Shown one piece after another: positions 17,194-26,573 of a stretch of 34,515 nt of DNA (position 1 is its first letter; every line of letters starts with the position of its first letter). Position numbers and translations under genes: made by a program. The notes under the pieces are model-generated. The model was not told the origin of the DNA. It worked only from the letters and a program-made list of their open reading frames with translations, and searched no databases. This DNA is from a virus (taxonomy: Duplodnaviria; Heunggongvirae; Uroviricota; Caudoviricetes), in IMG/VR virus record IMGVR_UViG_2667527976_000007; one strand, given 5' to 3'.

Positions 17194-18689
17194 TGGCGAG
17201 GGGTATCTGGGTTTCACCCGATGAATTTGTTGCTTTTTCTGAGCCTCAGAAATCACTGACCGCGCAGATTGCCTCCCGCAGCCGCGCGATCGACTTTTAC
17301 GGACTGGGCATGTATCTGCCCAATCCTGATCCCATTCTCAAGGCTCAGGGACGGGATATCCGTATCTACCGCGAACTGCGCACCGACCCGCTGGTCGGGG
17401 GCTGTATCCGCAGACGTAAAGCAGCGCTTAAATCGCTGGAGCGTGGACTGGAGCGTGGTCACGCCTCTGCCCGGGTCTTCCGTTTCATCCGCGACATGCT
17501 CGACGATCTGGATCTGTCCCGCATCATCGGTGAAATGAGCGATGCCGTGCTCTACGGGTATCAGCCCTGTGAAATCATGTGGGGCCGTTCGGTCAGGTCG
17601 TGGGCGGTGACGGATATTGTCGGCAAACCGCCTGAGTGGTTTCAGTTTGATACGGACAACTGCCTGCGCTTCCGGGCGCGTGATGCGGGTGTGGAGGGTG
17701 AGCTGCTGTCACCGTCAAAATTCGTGGTGCCGGCACAGGATGCCTCGTATGACAATCCTTACGGTTTCCCGGACCTGTCCATGTGCTTCTGGCCGGTCGC
17801 CTTCAAGAAAGGCGGGATGAAATTCTGGCTCCGCTTTGCCGAAAAGTTTGGCTCCCCGTGGGTGATCGGTAAGCACCCGAGGGGTGCAAATGATGCAGAG
17901 ATTGAAAAACTGCTGGACTCCATGGAGCAGATGGTGGAGGACGCGGTGGCCGCCATCCCCGATGACAGCAGCATCGAACTCAAAGCCGCGGATGGTAAGG
18001 CGGACAGCAGCGAGGTATTCCGCGAGCTGATCACACTGTCACGCAGTGAGATCTCCATTGCATTACTCGGTCAGAATCAGACCACGGAAGCGAACAGTAA
18101 CAAGGCCTCTGCACAGGCCGGGCTGGAGGTAACGGCTGATATCCGCGATGCGGATGCGGACATCATTCAGGCGGCAGTGAATCAGGTCATCAGAACGGTG
18201 GTCACCCTGAACTTCGGCGATGTGCCGTGTCCGGTCTGGGCCATGTGGGAACAGGAGGCCATTGATGACACCCGTGCCACCCGCGACGAAAAACTCACCC
18301 GGGCGGGTCTGCGTCTGACCCCGCAGTACTTCAAGCGTGAGTACCAACTGCAGGACGGCGATATTGACGAGACACCACCGTCGGAACGACAGAATAACAT
18401 GCTGCCGCTGTCATTTGCCGAGGCGATTGATGCTGATATTCAGGCTCAGCAGCAGCTTGACGACGCGCTGGACATTCTGATGAACGGAGGCGCGTTAAAT
18501 GGCACGCTGGAACCCGTCCTGGCACCTCTGTTCAGGCGGGTCGAAAATGGGGTTAACCCGTCTGAGCTGCTGGGCGAACTGGCGGAGCTCTACCCTCAGA
18601 TGAACACGGACGATCTGCAGGAGCGGCTGGCCCGCATTCTCTTTGTGACAAATATCTGGGGGCGTCTGCATGAGCGTGACAACGGCTGA
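17193..18689 (+). CDS. portal protein (Mu gp29 / DUF935-like)
   Basis: 498 aa; follows TerL with overlapping stop/start; size and order as in Mu. Confidence 0.75.
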   Translation: MARGIWVSPDEFVAFSEPQKSLTAQIASRSRAIDFYGLGMYLPNPDPILKAQGRDIRIYRELRTDPLVGGCIRRRKAALKSLERGLERGHASARVFRFIRDMLDDLDLSRIIGEMSDAVLYGYQPCEIMWGRSVRSWAVTDIVGKPPEWFQFDTDNCLRFRARDAGVEGELLSPSKFVVPAQDASYDNPYGFPDLSMCFWPVAFKKGGMKFWLRFAEKFGSPWVIGKHPRGANDAEIEKLLDSMEQMVEDAVAAIPDDSSIELKAADGKADSSEVFRELITLSRSEISIALLGQNQTTEANSNKASAQAGLEVTADIRDADADIIQAAVNQVIRTVVTLNFGDVPCPVWAMWEQEAIDDTRATRDEKLTRAGLRLTPQYFKREYQLQDGDIDETPPSERQNNMLPLSFAEAIDADIQAQQQLDDALDILMNGGALNGTLEPVLAPLFRRVENGVNPSELLGELAELYPQMNTDDLQERLARILFVTNIWGRLHERDNG

Positions 18690-19491
18690 ACTGGCGTACT
18701 GCATGACGCTTCCCCCGAAGCGGGCAATCAACTACCTGAAGTCCAAAGGGTATCAGATTACCTGGGACTGGGAAGAAATGTGGCAGGAGGCCCATGCCCG
18801 CGCCTTTACCGTTGCTAAAGTGACCCGCCTGGATATCCTGGAAGATATTCGCGGGGCACTGCAGCAGGCTGTCGATGAAGGAAAAACCGATCGCTGGTTC
18901 CGGCAGGAGCTGGAGCCGGTGCTGAAGCGTAAGGGATGGTGGGGACCACGTGACACGACTGACCCGGTAACGGGTGAGCCAGTCACCATTCAGCAGGGCA
19001 GTCCGTGGCGGCTCGATACCATCTTTCGCACCAATATGTCCGTACTCTACAGCGCCGGTCGTTGGGCGGAACAGATGGAAAACGTCGACGACAGGCCGTA
19101 CTGGATGTATACCGGCATCAACGACAGCCATACCCGCAGGAGCCATCTGGCGCTGCATGGTCTGGTGCTGCGCTGGGATGACCCGTTCTGGCAGGCATTT
19201 TACCCGCCGAACGGCTGGCGCTGCCGCTGTAGTGTGATTGCCCTGAGTGCGGCGGATGTACGTGCCCGTGGCCTGAAGGTTATCAGCTCCGGCTCTGCCA
19301 TGGGCCAGGAACTGAAACTGGTCTCAGAGAAAACCGGCGAAATGCGGAACGTGGCCACCTTTAATACCGGCACCACGAAGGTGACCACCGACGTCGGCTG
19401 GTCTTATGCACCGGGGGCAGCATACCGTCCCGACCTGGCCCGCTATCAGGGTACGCTTCAGCCACTGGCACAACAGGAACTGAGAGGATAA
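18670..19491 (+). CDS. Mu F-like minor head/morphogenesis protein
   Basis: Conserved 'GWRCRCS' block and '...HTRRSHLALHG...' characteristic of the Phage_Mu_F / SPP1 gp7 family. Confidence 0.75.
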   Translation: MSVTTAELAYCMTLPPKRAINYLKSKGYQITWDWEEMWQEAHARAFTVAKVTRLDILEDIRGALQQAVDEGKTDRWFRQELEPVLKRKGWWGPRDTTDPVTGEPVTIQQGSPWRLDTIFRTNMSVLYSAGRWAEQMENVDDRPYWMYTGINDSHTRRSHLALHGLVLRWDDPFWQAFYPPNGWRCRCSVIALSAADVRARGLKVISSGSAMGQELKLVSEKTGEMRNVATFNTGTTKVTTDVGWSYAPGAAYRPDLARYQGTLQPLAQQELRG

Positions 19492-19493
19492 CA

Positions 19494-19952
19494 ATGGCTT
19501 CCGATAACCTGGTCAGTATCACCATTAACGATAAATCCCTGCGCCGGAGCCTCCGTGCGCTGGATCTTGCTGCCACAGACCTGGAGCCCGCGATGCGCAA
19601 AATTGCCGGAACCCTGCTGGCGGAAACACAGTTTAACTTTCTTGATGAGGGGCGTCCGGGGTGGATGCCCTCGCTGGCAGCGGAAGAGCGTGACGGGCAG
19701 ACACTGCAGGATACCGGGCGTCTGATGGGGTCAGTATCAACCGACCATGACGACCGGCAGGCTGTTGTGGGGACCAACGTTGTTTACGGTGCCATTCACC
19801 AGTTCGGGGGTAAAACGGGGCGTAATGAGTCTGTTGAACTTCCGGCCCGCCCGTTCCTGCCGGTGACGGGGGATGGAGAACTACAGCCTGAAGTGGTAAT
19901 CCCCATCCTCGATACCATTGTCCGCCATCTTGAATCAGCGGCCCGTCGCTGA
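19494..19952 (+). CDS. Mu G-like virion morphogenesis protein
   Basis: 152 aa; position after F and before I as in Mu. Confidence 0.6.
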   Translation: MASDNLVSITINDKSLRRSLRALDLAATDLEPAMRKIAGTLLAETQFNFLDEGRPGWMPSLAAEERDGQTLQDTGRLMGSVSTDHDDRQAVVGTNVVYGAIHQFGGKTGRNESVELPARPFLPVTGDGELQPEVVIPILDTIVRHLESAARR

Positions 19953-19998
19953 GTTTTCTCTCTTCAGGCGGGTGATTTATCATTGCCAGCGAATGAGG

Positions 19999-20040
19999 GG
20001 CTGTATTACCTTTATAAAGGCTTTACAGCCTCTGTTTTAT
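19999..20040 (+). terminator. putative intrinsic terminator downstream of the G-like gene
   Basis: Stem GGCTGTA (19999-20005) / TACAGCC (20024-20030) enclosing an internally palindromic CCTTTATAAAGG, followed by TCTGTTTTAT. Confidence 0.45.
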
Positions 20041-20166
20041 AACCGCCTCCGGTTCACCGTATTGCTTTCCCTGTCCTTCTCCCCTGATGTTTTCTAAAGC
20101 AGATTAAAATCGCCGGGCCTGCATTTCTCACAAACTGTCTCCGACAACATAACGCGGGACAGCAAA
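20041..20166 (+). promoter_or_regulatory. putative late promoter region upstream of the I-like gene
   Basis: ~125-bp non-coding gap before the I-like gene, the position where Mu carries a C-activated late promoter; no motif confirmed. Confidence 0.35.
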
Positions 20167-21282
20167 ATGTCAGCCATTCACATTTTTAAAGCCGGTACTC
20201 ATACCGATATGCACGGCAAAAAACTGCCGTTCACGCCAGACGATCTTGCCGCCTGCGTGAAAGCCTATGACCCGTCCGTCCATGAAGCACCACTCGTGAT
20301 TGGTCATCCCAGAACGGAAGACCCGGCGTGGGGCTGGGTGAAAGCCCTGTCGCTCAGCGGCGTCGATCTGATGGCAGAGCCTGCCCAGCTGGACCCGCAG
20401 TTTGCTGAGATGGTCACCGACGGACGATTCAAAAAAGTGTCCGCCTCTTTCTACCTCCCGGATTCACCGTCCAATCCGAAGCCCGGCGTGCTCTACCTGC
20501 GCCATGTGGGCTTTCTCGGGGCACAGCCACCTTCCGTCAAGGGGCTGAAACAGGTGTCCTTCAGTGAGCAGGAAGAAGGTGTGGTGGAGTTCGCCGACTG
20601 GCAGGCCATCACGAATGCCTCCCTGTGGGGAAAGCTGCGCGATTTTCTGATCGCCCGCTTCAGTCTGGACGAAGCAGAAAAAGTCCTGCCGGAATGGCAG
20701 CTCAACAATCTGCGCGAAGAGGCGTACCGCGACACACCGTCGCAGGATGCAGCAGGTGCGCAATTCAGTGAGACAGGCCAGGTGCCGTCTTCCGCAAGTA
20801 ACGAGGAATCATCGATGACAAAAGAAGAGATTGAAGCCCTTCAGGAGGAGAACCGCCGCCTGAAGCAGCAGGCTGCTGATCGCGATGCGCGTGATGCACA
20901 GGTCAGACAGGAGCAACTGCATAAGGACAATGTGGCCTTTGCAGAAAAACTGGTCGCAGAGGGCCGTCTGGCTCCCCGCGCATCCTCCGTGGTGGTTGCC
21001 CTGCTGGATGCCGTCGCCGGTGGCGACAAGCCGGTGGAGTTTGCTGAGGGGGAAAGCCGCACACCGCTGGCCACCGCCTTTCGTTCATTGCTCTCCGACG
21101 GGGAGCCGGTGATGAATTTCGCCGAACAGGCCACAAAAGAGCGTGTCGGCGACACGGTGAAGGTGGATGTGGCAGAGTTTGCGGAAGCCGATCCTGAGCG
21201 TCTGGCCCTGCATCAGAAAGCAGTGGCCCTGTCCAAAAAAGAAGGCATCAGCTATGAGGCTGCTGTCGCACGCTGCCTGTAA
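20167..21282 (+). CDS. Mu I-like head protease/scaffold protein
   Basis: 371 aa; N-terminal protease-like domain and acidic/coiled-coil C-terminal half; directly precedes the major capsid gene. Confidence 0.7.
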   Translation: MSAIHIFKAGTHTDMHGKKLPFTPDDLAACVKAYDPSVHEAPLVIGHPRTEDPAWGWVKALSLSGVDLMAEPAQLDPQFAEMVTDGRFKKVSASFYLPDSPSNPKPGVLYLRHVGFLGAQPPSVKGLKQVSFSEQEEGVVEFADWQAITNASLWGKLRDFLIARFSLDEAEKVLPEWQLNNLREEAYRDTPSQDAAGAQFSETGQVPSSASNEESSMTKEEIEALQEENRRLKQQAADRDARDAQVRQEQLHKDNVAFAEKLVAEGRLAPRASSVVVALLDAVAGGDKPVEFAEGESRTPLATAFRSLLSDGEPVMNFAEQATKERVGDTVKVDVAEFAEADPERLALHQKAVALSKKEGISYEAAVARCL

Positions 21283-21296
21283 TTTAAGGAGAGAGC

Positions 21297-22250
21297 ATGT
21301 CTGATTACTTAAAAGGTAAACGTGTCGTTGATCCGGTACTGACCAGTATCGCCCGTGGCTATAAAAATGCCGCATTCATCGGCGAACGTATTTTCCCCGT
21401 CGTGCTGACGGACAAGGAAGGCGTGCGTGTACCGACCTTCGGGAAAACCGCCTTTGTGGAATATGACACCGAGCGTGCCGTCGGGGCGGACAGCAATGTT
21501 CTGGTCCGTGAAAAAACAGGCACGCTGGACCTGGTGCTGGGTGAACACGATCTGGCTGCGCCGGTGGACTATCGCGAGCAGGCGGAGTCCATGTTTAACG
21601 AAGAGAGCAAGGCCATCCGTCGCGCCACGAATGGCGTGAACCTGCGCCGTGAACTTATCGCTGCCCGTCTGGCTCAGGATGAAAAGGTCTACCGTACCGG
21701 GCACGTCAAAAAACTGACAGCCAGTGATCGCTGGGCCGGTGGTAAGGGGGACCCCATCGGGGTGATTGAAGCCGGTATGGAAGCGGTCCGTACGGCCACG
21801 GGGCTGCGTCCTAACCTGATGACCATGGGGGCCGGCGTGATGGCGCTGCTGAAGTTCCACCCGGCGATTCAGGCCGCCATCGGAGCCAACGAACGCAAGC
21901 GCATCACCACAGAAATCCTGCAGGACCTCTTTCAGATCGAAGAGATCGTCATCGGTGCCCCAGTCTCCCTGCCGTCCATGAAAGCGGCAATGGATAAGAA
22001 CAGCGTGCCGGCGGATATCTGGGGAGACAATCTGATGCTGCACTATGTCGGCAAACCGCAGCCGGGGGCGGACAGCGCGGACGAGAACGAGCCGTCCTTC
22101 GGCTACACCCTGCGTCGTAAGGGGATGCCTGTTGCCGACAAATACGACGGAGCCGGTGGCAAGGTGAAGTACTGCCGTTATACCGATATCTACAAAGTCG
22201 CCGTGGTTGGTGGCGATGCCGGGTATCTCATTACCGGTATCAGTAAATAA
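21297..22250 (+). CDS. major capsid protein (Mu T-like)
   Basis: 317 aa; GGAGAG RBS upstream; position and size as Mu T. Confidence 0.75.
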   Translation: MSDYLKGKRVVDPVLTSIARGYKNAAFIGERIFPVVLTDKEGVRVPTFGKTAFVEYDTERAVGADSNVLVREKTGTLDLVLGEHDLAAPVDYREQAESMFNEESKAIRRATNGVNLRRELIAARLAQDEKVYRTGHVKKLTASDRWAGGKGDPIGVIEAGMEAVRTATGLRPNLMTMGAGVMALLKFHPAIQAAIGANERKRITTEILQDLFQIEEIVIGAPVSLPSMKAAMDKNSVPADIWGDNLMLHYVGKPQPGADSADENEPSFGYTLRRKGMPVADKYDGAGGKVKYCRYTDIYKVAVVGGDAGYLITGISK

Positions 22251-22259
22251 GGAGGCGTT

Positions 22260-22598
22260 ATGGGAACCACTCAGCAGGTCATTCTGATCACAACCGTAAC
22301 GGCAGGGGCAGCACTGGCACAGCAGCGTTTTGTCGGGGCAGATAATACCCCCTGTAAAGCCGGTGCCGCAGCGCTCGGGGTTGCCGAAGTGGATGCTGTT
22401 ACCGGCGACAGCACGCCGGTGAGCGTTCTGGGCATTATTGCTGTCGAGGCCGGGGCCGCTGTCAGCCGTGGTGTGGCTGTTCAGTCAGATGCTCAGGCCA
22501 GAGCCGTGCCGCAGTCCGGCGACGGTAAATCCTGTGGTATTGCACTTGATGAAGCCGGGGGTGAAGGCGACGTCATTCGTATCCTGCGCGGGGTGTGA
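22260..22598 (+). CDS. DUF2190-like head-associated protein
   Basis: 112 aa, Gly/Ala/Val-rich; directly follows the capsid gene. Confidence 0.5.
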   Translation: MGTTQQVILITTVTAGAALAQQRFVGADNTPCKAGAAALGVAEVDAVTGDSTPVSVLGIIAVEAGAAVSRGVAVQSDAQARAVPQSGDGKSCGIALDEAGGEGDVIRILRGV

Positions 22599-22599
22599 C

Positions 22600-23046
22600 A
22601 TGTACTGCACCCTGGAGGATTTGCTTGCGCAGGTGCCGGAGCGGACGCTTATCGAGCTCACCAGTGAAGAGATGGACTTCGACTCGCCTGCAACAGTGAA
22701 TACCCGTGTGGTGGACAGCTGTATCCGCTATGCCGACGAGCTGATTGATGCCCATCTGCGCGGACGCTATATCCTGCCACTGGCAGAGATACCGACTGTT
22801 CTGCGGGACATTGCCATCACGCTGGTCCGTTACCGGCTCTACGCCCGCCGCCCGGAAGGTGACCTCCCGGATACGGTAAAGGATGACCACAAAGAAGCGC
22901 TGCGGCAACTCAGGGAGTTACGTGATAACAGGCTCACGCTGGGGCTGCCGTCCACTCAGAAAGATGTGCCTGAGCCTGGCGAGTTTCGTGTACGCAGTCG
23001 CCCGGCCACTTTCGGCGGTCGTGACGGTTTACTGGAGAAATACTGA
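22600..23046 (+). CDS. Mu gp36-like head-tail connector protein (DUF1320-like)
   Basis: ATG at 22600, 2 nt after the upstream stop; 148 aa 'MYCTLEDLLAQVPERTLIELT...'. Confidence 0.55.
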   Translation: MYCTLEDLLAQVPERTLIELTSEEMDFDSPATVNTRVVDSCIRYADELIDAHLRGRYILPLAEIPTVLRDIAITLVRYRLYARRPEGDLPDTVKDDHKEALRQLRELRDNRLTLGLPSTQKDVPEPGEFRVRSRPATFGGRDGLLEKY

Positions 23047-23510
23047 TGAACGTTCTGCCCGTCCTTGATGCGGTACTGGCCCGGTTACGCGAGAAGCTGC
23101 CGCAACTGCAGGTGGAGTACTTCCCGGAGAAACCGGCTGAATATCGCCTGAACCATCCGGTTGGCGCGTTGCTGTTGAGCTATGCCGGTTCGCGCTTTGA
23201 CAGGCCGGATGATACCGGTGCGGTGATCCAGTCTCAGACTATCCAGCTCTGCGTCACGGTGGTCTTCCGCCAGCTCAACGGTAAAAAAGGGGCGATTAAT
23301 GTCCTGGATGCTGTCCGCCGCATTCTCGGTGGCCACACCCCGCCCGGCTGCCGCCGCCGTATCTGGCTGACCCGCGAGGTGTTTATCGGTGAAGTCAGGG
23401 GGCTGTGGCAGTACGCCCTCGACTTCGCGACTGAAAGCGTCTTTATCGAAGACAGCGATTTACCGTCCGGCCCGCTGTTAACCGAAGTGAACTATGAGGA
23501 AAGCGAGTGA
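23046..23510 (+). CDS. Mu gp37-like protein (DUF1834-like)
   Basis: 154 aa; coupled to the upstream gene; order matches the Mu head-tail joining genes. Confidence 0.5.
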   Translation: MNVLPVLDAVLARLREKLPQLQVEYFPEKPAEYRLNHPVGALLLSYAGSRFDRPDDTGAVIQSQTIQLCVTVVFRQLNGKKGAINVLDAVRRILGGHTPPGCRRRIWLTREVFIGEVRGLWQYALDFATESVFIEDSDLPSGPLLTEVNYEESE

Positions 23511-23761
23511 TGAAAGAATACCGCTATTCCGGCCCGGCCAGCGGCGTCACGCTGTCGGACGGAACCGAAATCCTGCTCTGGCCGGGGAAGACGGTTTCCC
23601 TGCCGGAGGAGCATGACTACGTGAAGGTACTGGTGGCGCTGAAACATCTGACGCCGGTACCTGAAGAGACTAAACCCGCCGGCACACCGGCTGTGCAGTC
23701 ACCAAAGCGCAGAAGCAGCAGTGACAGCGAAGTGAAAACGGAGGACACCCATGGCAGCTAA
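23507..23761 (+). CDS. hypothetical protein (84 aa) preceding tail sheath
   Basis: Small ORF coupled on both sides. Confidence 0.4.
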   Translation: MMKEYRYSGPASGVTLSDGTEILLWPGKTVSLPEEHDYVKVLVALKHLTPVPEETKPAGTPAVQSPKRRSSSDSEVKTEDTHGS

Positions 23762-25178
23762 CTATCTGCATGGTCCCGAAACCATTGAGGTGGAAAACGG
23801 TGCCCGCCCGGTTAAAACGGTGAAATCTGCCGTTATTGGCCTGATTGGTACCGCCCCGATGGGGGATGTCAATACGCTGGTACAGTGCCTGTCTGAGAAA
23901 GACGCAGCGGCATTTGGCAGCCAGTTCACCGGCTTTACCATTCCGCAGGCGCTGGATGCGATTTATGACCATGGTGCAGGTACCGTTCTGGTCATTAACG
24001 TCCTCGACCCGGCGAAACATAAAACGGCGATCGAGGATGAGGTGGTTACCTTTGACAAATCGACAGGGCAGGCCAGACTGGCGCATCCGGTTGTCGCTAA
24101 TGTGGTGGTGAAAAACAGTGAAGGCAGCACCTCCCACACGGCGAACACGGACTACCGTGTTGATGCGCAGGCGGGTGTGCTCACGAACCTGGGCAAGGCT
24201 ATTGAGGCCGGTGGCAGCGTGAAGGTGAGCTATGAGTACGCGGACCCGTCGAAGGTGACTGCGGCGGACATCATCGGCGGGGTGAACAGCGCCGGAAACC
24301 GAACCGGCATGAAGCTGCTTAACGACAGCTTCAACCTGTACGGCTATTTCGCCAAAATTCTGATTGCGCCGGTGTTCTGCACCCAGAAGAGTGTCGCAGT
24401 TGAGCTTATCGCCATGGCAGAGAAGCTGGGCGCGGTAACCTACATTGATGCGCCTGTCGGTACCACCTTTGCACAGGCTCTGGCAGGTCGTGGCCCGGAA
24501 GGCACCATCAACTTCAATACCAGCTCCGACCGCGTCCGTCTGTGCTATCCGCATGTGAAGGTATATGACCCGGTGACAAACACAGAGCGTCTGGAGCCGC
24601 TCAGCCAGCGTGCAGCAGGTCTGCGTGCCAGAGTCGATCTGGACAAGGGCTACTGGTGGTCATCCTCCAATCAGGAGATTCTGGGGATCACCGGCGTGGA
24701 GCGCCAGCTGTCCGCGATGATTGATGACCCGCAGAGTGAGGTGAACCTGCTTAACGAACAGGGGATCACCACGGTATTCAGCAGTTACGGCAGCGGCCTT
24801 CGTCTGTGGGGTAACCGGACGGCAGCATGGCCAACGGTCACCCATATGCGTAACTTTGAGAACGTTCGCCGCACCGGTGATGTGATCAACGAGTCCATTC
24901 GTTATTTCAGCCAGCAGTACATCGACATGCCGATTACTCAGGCGCTGATTGATGCACTGACGGAGTCGGTCAACGCCTACGGTCGCAAAATGACTGGTGA
25001 TGGTGCGGTACTGGGCTTCCGTTGCTGGTTTGATCCGGCCCGCAATCCGGAGACGGAGCTGGCCGCCGGGCACCTGTTGCTGAGCTACAAATATACGCCA
25101 CCACCGCCGCTGGAGCGACTGACGTTTGAGACTGAGATCACCTCGGAATACCTGTTAACCCTGAAAGGGGGCAACTGA
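23751..25178 (+). CDS. contractile tail sheath protein (Mu L-like)
   Basis: 475 aa; followed by the tube gene with ATGA coupling. Confidence 0.8.
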   Translation: MAANYLHGPETIEVENGARPVKTVKSAVIGLIGTAPMGDVNTLVQCLSEKDAAAFGSQFTGFTIPQALDAIYDHGAGTVLVINVLDPAKHKTAIEDEVVTFDKSTGQARLAHPVVANVVVKNSEGSTSHTANTDYRVDAQAGVLTNLGKAIEAGGSVKVSYEYADPSKVTAADIIGGVNSAGNRTGMKLLNDSFNLYGYFAKILIAPVFCTQKSVAVELIAMAEKLGAVTYIDAPVGTTFAQALAGRGPEGTINFNTSSDRVRLCYPHVKVYDPVTNTERLEPLSQRAAGLRARVDLDKGYWWSSSNQEILGITGVERQLSAMIDDPQSEVNLLNEQGITTVFSSYGSGLRLWGNRTAAWPTVTHMRNFENVRRTGDVINESIRYFSQQYIDMPITQALIDALTESVNAYGRKMTGDGAVLGFRCWFDPARNPETELAAGHLLLSYKYTPPPPLERLTFETEITSEYLLTLKGGN

Positions 25179-25699
25179 TGTCAAAGATTGAGATAAACCG
25201 CATCACGAATGCCAACATCTATCTGGATGGTACTAACCTGCTGGGACGGGCTGAGGAAGTTAAACTCCCCGATGTCTCCATGATTATGCAGGAACACAAG
25301 GCGCTGGGGATGGTGGGTAAGGTGGAACTCCCGGCTGGTTTTGACAAACTGGAAGGCGAAATCAAATGGAACAGCTTTTACCGCGATGCGATGCTGTCTG
25401 CCGCGAACCCGTACAGGTCGCTGGCACTGCAGTGTCGTTCCAGCGTCCAGCGCTACAGCTCGCAGGGGCTGATTGACGAAATCCCGCTGGTCACCTTCCT
25501 GACGATTATGTTCAAGAAGAACCCGCTGGGGACGTTCAAACAGCACGAGAACGCCGAGTTCTCCAGTAGCTTCACCTGCACGTATATCAGACAGGTACTG
25601 GATGGTGAAGAGCTGCTGCAACTGGACTATCTGGCCAACATCTTCCGGGTCGGCGGTGTTGATCAACTGACTGACTACCGTATCAATATCGGGGGCTGA
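25178..25699 (+). CDS. tail tube protein (Mu M-like)
   Basis: 173 aa immediately after the sheath gene. Confidence 0.7.
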   Translation: MSKIEINRITNANIYLDGTNLLGRAEEVKLPDVSMIMQEHKALGMVGKVELPAGFDKLEGEIKWNSFYRDAMLSAANPYRSLALQCRSSVQRYSSQGLIDEIPLVTFLTIMFKKNPLGTFKQHENAEFSSSFTCTYIRQVLDGEELLQLDYLANIFRVGGVDQLTDYRINIGG

Positions 25700-25701
25700 C
25701 G

Positions 25702-25983
25702 GTGAGTGTTGAACTGACGGATAAAGGAGGACGATGTGCGGCACTGGGCATGTCAAATGGTACGTGGTTTACCCTCCTTGATATTCCGGGGGTGGAAACC
25801 CTTTTTAATACCCGTAAAACCAATGACCCGATTGACTGCACACGTTCAAAGGCCCGCAAACTGGCGGATTTGATTGAAGCATGGGAGCCTCCCGACCACT
25901 GGTTCTCCGGCACCGGCAAATCTGAGGGAAAGACGCTTCTCATCGCTTTCCTGCGTAACTGCAAGGGGTTTCGCACTTGCTGA
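25702..25983 (+). CDS. hypothetical small protein (93 aa)
   Basis: ORF with a probable non-ATG start directly after the tube gene; coding status uncertain. Confidence 0.3.
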   Translation: MSVELTDKGGRCAALGMSNGTWFTLLDIPGVETLFNTRKTNDPIDCTRSKARKLADLIEAWEPPDHWFSGTGKSEGKTLLIAFLRNCKGFRTC

Positions 25984-25989
25984 CATCAC

Positions 25990-26011
25990 AGGGGCTCCGG
26001 CCCCTTCTTCT
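25990..26011 (+). terminator. putative intrinsic terminator after the tube region
   Basis: AGGGGC (25990-25995) / GCCCCT (26000-26005) stem with TCCG loop, followed by TCTTCTT. Confidence 0.4.
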
Positions 26012-26080
26012 TAATCTCCTTTAATATCCGTCACGCGCTTCTCCCGACATACTGCCCTGAACTTACACAGGAGCACAATC

Positions 26081-26416
26081 ATGTCACAGACCCCATCCGA
26101 TACTTTTAAATTGTCTTATCCCTTCACCACTGCTGCAGGCACCAGAATTGAGCAGGTTGAACTGAAACGCCTGACGGTAAAAGACCTGAAGCAGGTGCGC
26201 AAAATCAGCAAAAACCCGGCAGACTGGGACGAACCGCTGATTGCCCGCAGTACTGGTCTTCTCCCGGAAGATCTCGACAATATGGATCTGGCTGATTACC
26301 TGCAGTTACAGAAACGATTTCAGCTCATCACGGGGATGGGTGAGAGCAACCAGGGCGCTGACGCAGGCGCAGGGGCTGCTGGCGAGATGGTTCCGGTTTC
26401 AGCCGGGGGAGATTGA
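26081..26416 (+). CDS. tail assembly chaperone (P2 gpE-like)
   Basis: 111 aa; between tube and tape-measure genes; GGAG RBS upstream. Confidence 0.6.
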   Translation: MSQTPSDTFKLSYPFTTAAGTRIEQVELKRLTVKDLKQVRKISKNPADWDEPLIARSTGLLPEDLDNMDLADYLQLQKRFQLITGMGESNQGADAGAGAAGEMVPVSAGGD

Positions 26417-26498
26417 TGCCCTCGATACTGACGATCTGGAGATGTGGCTGGAGCAGGCTGAAGAGCAAATAAAAAGCGAGTACGGCGACAAATCATAG
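26241..26498 (+). CDS. overlapping +1-frame ORF: candidate frameshift extension of the tail assembly chaperone
   Basis: Open frame overlapping the 3' half of the chaperone gene and extending 82 nt past its stop; no ATG or RBS of its own (track start is TTG); a G5 run at 26405-26409 lies just before the chaperone stop. Confidence 0.45.
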   Translation: MPAVLVFSRKISTIWIWLITCSYRNDFSSSRGWVRATRALTQAQGLLARWFRFQPGEIDALDTDDLEMWLEQAEEQIKSEYGDKS

Positions 26499-26573
26499 TA
26501 CAGACAGCCGCCAGTAGCGGCTGTTCTGCGTTATCCCCTCACGTCTTTTCACCTTCCCCGGAGGTTAACCACT

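Noticed and set aside
21309-22043. 244-aa minus-strand ORF inside the major capsid gene
   Set aside because: Antisense to the capsid gene; low-complexity composition; no RBS; typical high-GC artefact.
23670-24554. 294-aa minus-strand ORF inside the tail sheath gene
   Set aside because: Antisense artefact overlapping a strongly supported structural gene.
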